Assembly (NCBI GenBank): GCA_002840365.1
Contig: PHAO01000001.1
Span: 85,101-149,100, forward strand
DNA: 64,000 nt
Direction of reading: 5' to 3'
Source: Candidatus Dojkabacteria bacterium HGW-Dojkabacteria-1
GTDB lineage: Bacteria > Patescibacteriota > Dojkabacteria > SC72
The notes under the pieces were generated by a model. The model searched no databases, was not told where the DNA came from, and worked only from the letters and a program-made list of their open reading frames with translations. Below, in pieces: positions 60,044-64,000 of this stretch (position 1 is the first letter of the stretch; every line of letters starts with the position of its first letter). The position numbers and the translations under genes were made by a program.

Positions 60044-62077
60044 TTGAATTTGAATATAATCAAACACGTGGCACCCCAAGACTTGATTCTCGGAAAACTT
60101 AATCCACAGCAAAGAATTGCAGTGGAAACAACAGAGGGACCTTTGCTAGTATTTGCAGGGGCAGGTTCTGGTAAGACAAGAGTTATAACTAACAGAATTG
60201 CTTACCTGATTACAGAAAAGAAGGTCCCTTCCGAGAATATCTTAGCAGTAACTTTTACTAAGAAAGCTGCTGGTGAGATGCAAGAAAGAATTGTTTCCCT
60301 CCTTAAAGAGTTAGGCGTAGATACTAAGAATATTCCATTAGTTGGAACTTTTCATTCAATAGGGGCTCTCTTCTTAAGACAAAATGCTAAAGAAGTTGGA
60401 TTGATGCCTAATTTCTCTATCTTTGATACTGATGATTCAGAGAATTTAATAAAAGACATTATGATTGAACAGGGTTTGGATATTAAACAGATACGACCAA
60501 AAGCCATATCCTTCTTTATATCCTCTGCAAAAAATGAAATGATATCACCCGAAAAATTCCACAATCACTACGGTGGATTTTTAGAAGATATAACTGCGGA
60601 GATATATCCTGTATACCAGAAGCAATTAATAGCTCAAAATTCAGTAGATTTTGGAGACCTTTTGTATCTATCAGTAAAGATGCTTTCTGAAAACAAAAAA
60701 GTATTAGAAAAATATCAAGATATGTACAAATATATTTTGATAGATGAGTATCAAGATACAAACAATGCCCAGTATCTTTTTGCAAAACTACTCTCTGAAA
60801 AGCACAAAAATCTATGTGTAGTAGGTGATGATGACCAGGGTATATATGCATGGAGAGGTGCTGATATAAAAAATATACAATCATTTGAGAAAGATTTTGA
60901 GAATGTAAAGATAGTTAAATTAGAACAAAACTACCGCTCAACAAAAAATGTTATAACTGCCGCTACTGCAGTTATTAGTCAAAACTATTCAAGAGTTGAA
61001 AAAGCCCTATGGACTGATCAAGAGCAGGGAGAGAATATAACTGTATATCAAGCTATGGATCAAGATGATGAGGCACAATATGTGATGGATCAAATAGAGG
61101 TATTAAAAAGATACAAAGTAAGCCTTACAGATGTTGCTGTTCTGTATCGTACAAATTATCAATCAAGAGCAATAGAGGAGGCTCTCTTGAAAAGAGGTTT
61201 GCCTTACAAGCTGGTTGGAGGTTTCCGATTCTATGAAAGGAAAGAGATAAAGGATATCCTTAGTTACCTTCGATTTATTTACAACCTAAAAGATGAATTA
61301 AGTCTAGGAAGAATACTTAATGTTCCAACTAGAAAAGTAGGTCCCAAATCAGTTGCAACACTACATGAGATAGCAAGAAGTTCAAATTGTACGGTTGGAG
61401 AATTGCTAGTAGCATCGTATGAGATAAGTATGGGATTAAACCATATACTAAATATCTCCCCCAAGGCATATTCCTTCATCGAAACAAATATCTCCCTTAT
61501 GTCGAAATACACGAGTTTAGTAAATATTTTTGGTAGCTTGTATGTGGAATCTCAGGGTTTGGATGTACTAAGTATAATTGATTTAGTATTAAGAAAAATT
61601 CACTACGTAGAATGGATGGATGATGGCTCTGAAGCTGCAGAGTACAAGAAAGAGAATATCGAGGAATTGAAAAGTGTCGCAGGAAGTTATGCAAGACAGC
61701 ATGGTAAGAAATCAATAGATGTTTTTCTACAAGAGATAAATTTAATTGAGCAAGAACAAGACAAAAACCAAGATGGTAGTGGTGATTACGTTAACCTAAT
61801 GACACTTCACTCATCCAAGGGTTTAGAATTTAACAATGTATTCATTGTGGGAATGGAGGAAGGAATATTGCCACACTCAAGGTCTTTTACTGATGAGGAT
61901 GGATTAGAAGAAGAAAGAAGACTTTGTTATGTAGGCATTACTAGAGCTAGGGAAAAATTGTTTTTAACATTTGCTGATAAAAGACAAGGAAGAGAAGGGT
62001 ATAATACGCAAATACCATCTAGATTTCTTGGTGAAATACCTCAAGACATTTGTGAATATTACAGTTGGCAGAATTAG
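60044..62077 (+). CDS. uvrD: UvrD/PcrA-family DNA helicase
   Basis: LNPQQRIAVE…LLVFAGAGSGKTRVIT (motif I), VDEYQDTN, YRS…; 677 aa. Confidence 0.9.
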   Translation: MNLNIIKHVAPQDLILGKLNPQQRIAVETTEGPLLVFAGAGSGKTRVITNRIAYLITEKKVPSENILAVTFTKKAAGEMQERIVSLLKELGVDTKNIPLVGTFHSIGALFLRQNAKEVGLMPNFSIFDTDDSENLIKDIMIEQGLDIKQIRPKAISFFISSAKNEMISPEKFHNHYGGFLEDITAEIYPVYQKQLIAQNSVDFGDLLYLSVKMLSENKKVLEKYQDMYKYILIDEYQDTNNAQYLFAKLLSEKHKNLCVVGDDDQGIYAWRGADIKNIQSFEKDFENVKIVKLEQNYRSTKNVITAATAVISQNYSRVEKALWTDQEQGENITVYQAMDQDDEAQYVMDQIEVLKRYKVSLTDVAVLYRTNYQSRAIEEALLKRGLPYKLVGGFRFYERKEIKDILSYLRFIYNLKDELSLGRILNVPTRKVGPKSVATLHEIARSSNCTVGELLVASYEISMGLNHILNISPKAYSFIETNISLMSKYTSLVNIFGSLYVESQGLDVLSIIDLVLRKIHYVEWMDDGSEAAEYKKENIEELKSVAGSYARQHGKKSIDVFLQEINLIEQEQDKNQDGSGDYVNLMTLHSSKGLEFNNVFIVGMEEGILPHSRSFTDEDGLEEERRLCYVGITRAREKLFLTFADKRQGREGYNTQIPSRFLGEIPQDICEYYSWQN

Positions 62078-62997
62078 TTTACCCCGTAAGTTCTATTATA
62101 TTTAGCATGACATGCAGGCCACTGACTTGATCTTGTTGATTCTCCTGCTCTGTATTTTGTAATTGTGTGCCTTATCTGTGCATGACCATCGAAAATATTC
62201 TCCTTAAATTGTCTACTCCACCAATATGGACTCCATTGGAACAAACCTTTGTATGAGCTCTTGTTTGATTCTGCATTACAACCAGATTCACAGTACATTA
62301 TAAATTTGAGCCACCTTTTCTCCTCCTCTGTATATGGCCCTGTATCAACTACCTGGTACCAGTATTCACAGTTGTATCCTTTTGGATCTATACCAGCAAG
62401 GGAGTACATTGATGTTCCAACTTCTAGAATTTTTACAGATGGCTCTCTTACAACTCTTTCAGAAAGAATTTTACTTTCAATTAATACACCATCTTCGTAA
62501 TAGCTGATTACTTTTTGTTTCTTAATTCCTAATACCCCCTCTTGAGATACATACTCCTCACCCTTAAGATATTTATCTGTCTTTATTACCTTCGTAGTAA
62601 ATGGAATATCCTCGTCTATCTCCTCGATAATAGTCTCAGTCTTGATAACCCTTACTAAGCTACCATTGGTGATATATTGAGTACTAATAATAACTCTCTC
62701 TTGATCAGAAAGATTAATTTGGAATTCGTCTAGAATCTTGTAAATATCTGTCTCTACTGTAAATATACTGTAAACATAGTCACCTTTTTTGATATGTACT
62801 AACTTCGGTCTTCTTGAGCTTCTCTCTAGCTGAGTATCAGTTCTAAAGACCATATCCTTTATATTGTACTGTGTATTTACTTCATTTCCCTCTGCTAAAA
62901 CGATATTGTTAGCAGCAAAGATCAATCCGATTGTAATAAGAAGCACTGTTGTAAACAGGGCAGCAAGGTATTTTCTACCTTTGTTTTCGTGTTCCAT
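62074..62997 (-). CDS. Membrane-anchored Rpf-like (resuscitation-promoting-factor-type) transglycosylase
   Basis: N-terminal TM. C-terminal …FIMYCESGCNAESN…YKGLFQWSPYWW… matches the Rpf CESGGNW…GlfQ…W core. Confidence 0.5.
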   Translation of the reverse strand: MEHENKGRKYLAALFTTVLLITIGLIFAANNIVLAEGNEVNTQYNIKDMVFRTDTQLERSSRRPKLVHIKKGDYVYSIFTVETDIYKILDEFQINLSDQERVIISTQYITNGSLVRVIKTETIIEEIDEDIPFTTKVIKTDKYLKGEEYVSQEGVLGIKKQKVISYYEDGVLIESKILSERVVREPSVKILEVGTSMYSLAGIDPKGYNCEYWYQVVDTGPYTEEEKRWLKFIMYCESGCNAESNKSSYKGLFQWSPYWWSRQFKENIFDGHAQIRHTITKYRAGESTRSSQWPACHAKYNRTYGVN

Positions 62998-63105
62998 ATA
63001 CTTGTTTAAATATATAACCCCATAATCTATAAAAGGTTTCAGGAAAGTATAGCATGATTAATAAAACATGTGTAAAATGGGAATGTATACTTAAATATAA
63101 TATAC

Positions 63106-64000
63106 ATGAAAAACACCTTTAAATACGCTTTTTACGCATTAATCATTATCCTTAGTGGGGTACTACTTTCTGGTTGCACTATTTCTGAAGAGAAAATAGC
63201 TCAATACAATCAATTAGTATCTGATGCAGACCTACTCATAGAAGGAAAGGAGTATTCCTCTGCCATGGAGAAGCTAAGTGATGCAGCAGAATTAATACCT
63301 TCAAAATACGATGCATATGAGAGAATTGTAGAAATACTAATTACTAAAAATAGACTAGGAGATGCAAAAAGATTGATAGATGAATCTGCAAGTAAATTAG
63401 ACGACAGAGATAGAGGTACATTGTATGTAATGCTTGGTAAAAAATATTATCAACAAAGAGATTACAAAAATGCCCTAATTTGCTACGAACTCTCAAAAGG
63501 TATCTCTGATGGAGTAGAGAATGTTGATTTAGAAATGGCAAAGGTATATCTACAGCAGGGAAATATTGAAAAAGCAAAATCACTCCTTAAAGGTAATTAC
63601 GGGGAGGATTTTAGAACCGAAGCCAAATTAATATACTCATATGTACTTTCTACAACAGATAAAGAGAAAGCCTTGAATGAAATTAAAGATATTCAACCAG
63701 AAGATGAGTGGAAAGAAGCATACTCTCAATGGAATGATGTACTCAAAAGTTTGGATAATGATGAATTGTATAACAGCGCGAAATTAGCAAAAGTATACCT
63801 TGATTCAGGCTATCCATCACTTGCAATATATATTCTGGAACCAAAGAAAGCTGATATGGAGGAATATATAGATGGATTATACTTACTTGGGAAAGCATAT
63901 TATGAAAATGGTAAATATCAAGAAAGCTTAGATACTCTCTTGGGGGTTACTACTCTAAGTAAACTTAATCAGTATCTTTATTGGATAGTTGCAAGAAACT
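63106..64000 (+). CDS. TPR-repeat lipoprotein, 3' end truncated by the window edge
   Basis: Hand-translated open frame with no stop to the window end. Lipobox …LLSGC. TPR-like helices follow. Absent from the ORF track because no stop lies within the window. Confidence 0.5.
   Translation, partial: MKNTFKYAFYALIIILSGVLLSGCTISEEKIAQYNQLVSDADLLIEGKEYSSAMEKLSDAAELIPSKYDAYERIVEILITKNRLGDAKRLIDESASKLDDRDRGTLYVMLGKKYYQQRDYKNALICYELSKGISDGVENVDLEMAKVYLQQGNIEKAKSLLKGNYGEDFRTEAKLIYSYVLSTTDKEKALNEIKDIQPEDEWKEAYSQWNDVLKSLDNDELYNSAKLAKVYLDSGYPSLAIYILEPKKADMEEYIDGLYLLGKAYYENGKYQESLDTLLGVTTLSKLNQYLYWIVARN

Overview
The window reads as about 64 kb of chromosome from a reduced, low-GC (roughly 33%) bacterium that resembles the Candidate Phyla Radiation or a Gram-positive lineage. 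Genes mostly lack Shine-Dalgarno sequences, and the alanyl-tRNA synthetase (582 aa) and IF-2 (518 aa) are both short. The envelope gene set includes a sortase, an LCP (LytR-CpsA-Psr) protein, an Rpf-like transglycosylase, Ig-like (He_PIG) surface proteins and a DUF948-type protein. Housekeeping genes dominate: grpE (partial)-dnaK, murJ, groES-groEL preceded by a promoter and a CIRCE operator, lexA, folD-glyA-thyX-like-dcd, a SufS-like desulfurase, recF, lepA, rpsT, holA-like, mltG, ruvX, alaS, dnaJ (with its own degenerate CIRCE), nusA-infB, rpsO-pnp, rsmB/rsmE and uvrD. No rRNA, tRNA, CRISPR array, integrase or transposase is visible. Two loci embedded among these genes look like parts of a type-IV-secretion-like (T4SS-like) envelope apparatus. 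The first is a minus-strand operon at 20191..24262 containing a VirB4-like ATPase. The second is a seven-gene plus-strand block at 50246..59983 containing a VirB6/TrbL-like polytopic membrane protein, an 882-aa protein carrying a C-terminal M23 peptidase domain, an amidase/SH3b protein, and Cys-rich and FN3-like secreted proteins. Other items worth attention are a lexA-adjacent cluster (small highly basic ORF behind a consensus promoter, a GIY-YIG-like protein and a SprT-like HExxH protease), a Lon-like AAA+ protein lacking the protease domain, a long tandem-type ThyX-like protein inside a one-carbon/thymidylate operon, and a zinc-ribbon-only ComFC remnant. All calls rest on motif recognition by eye; no searches were run.
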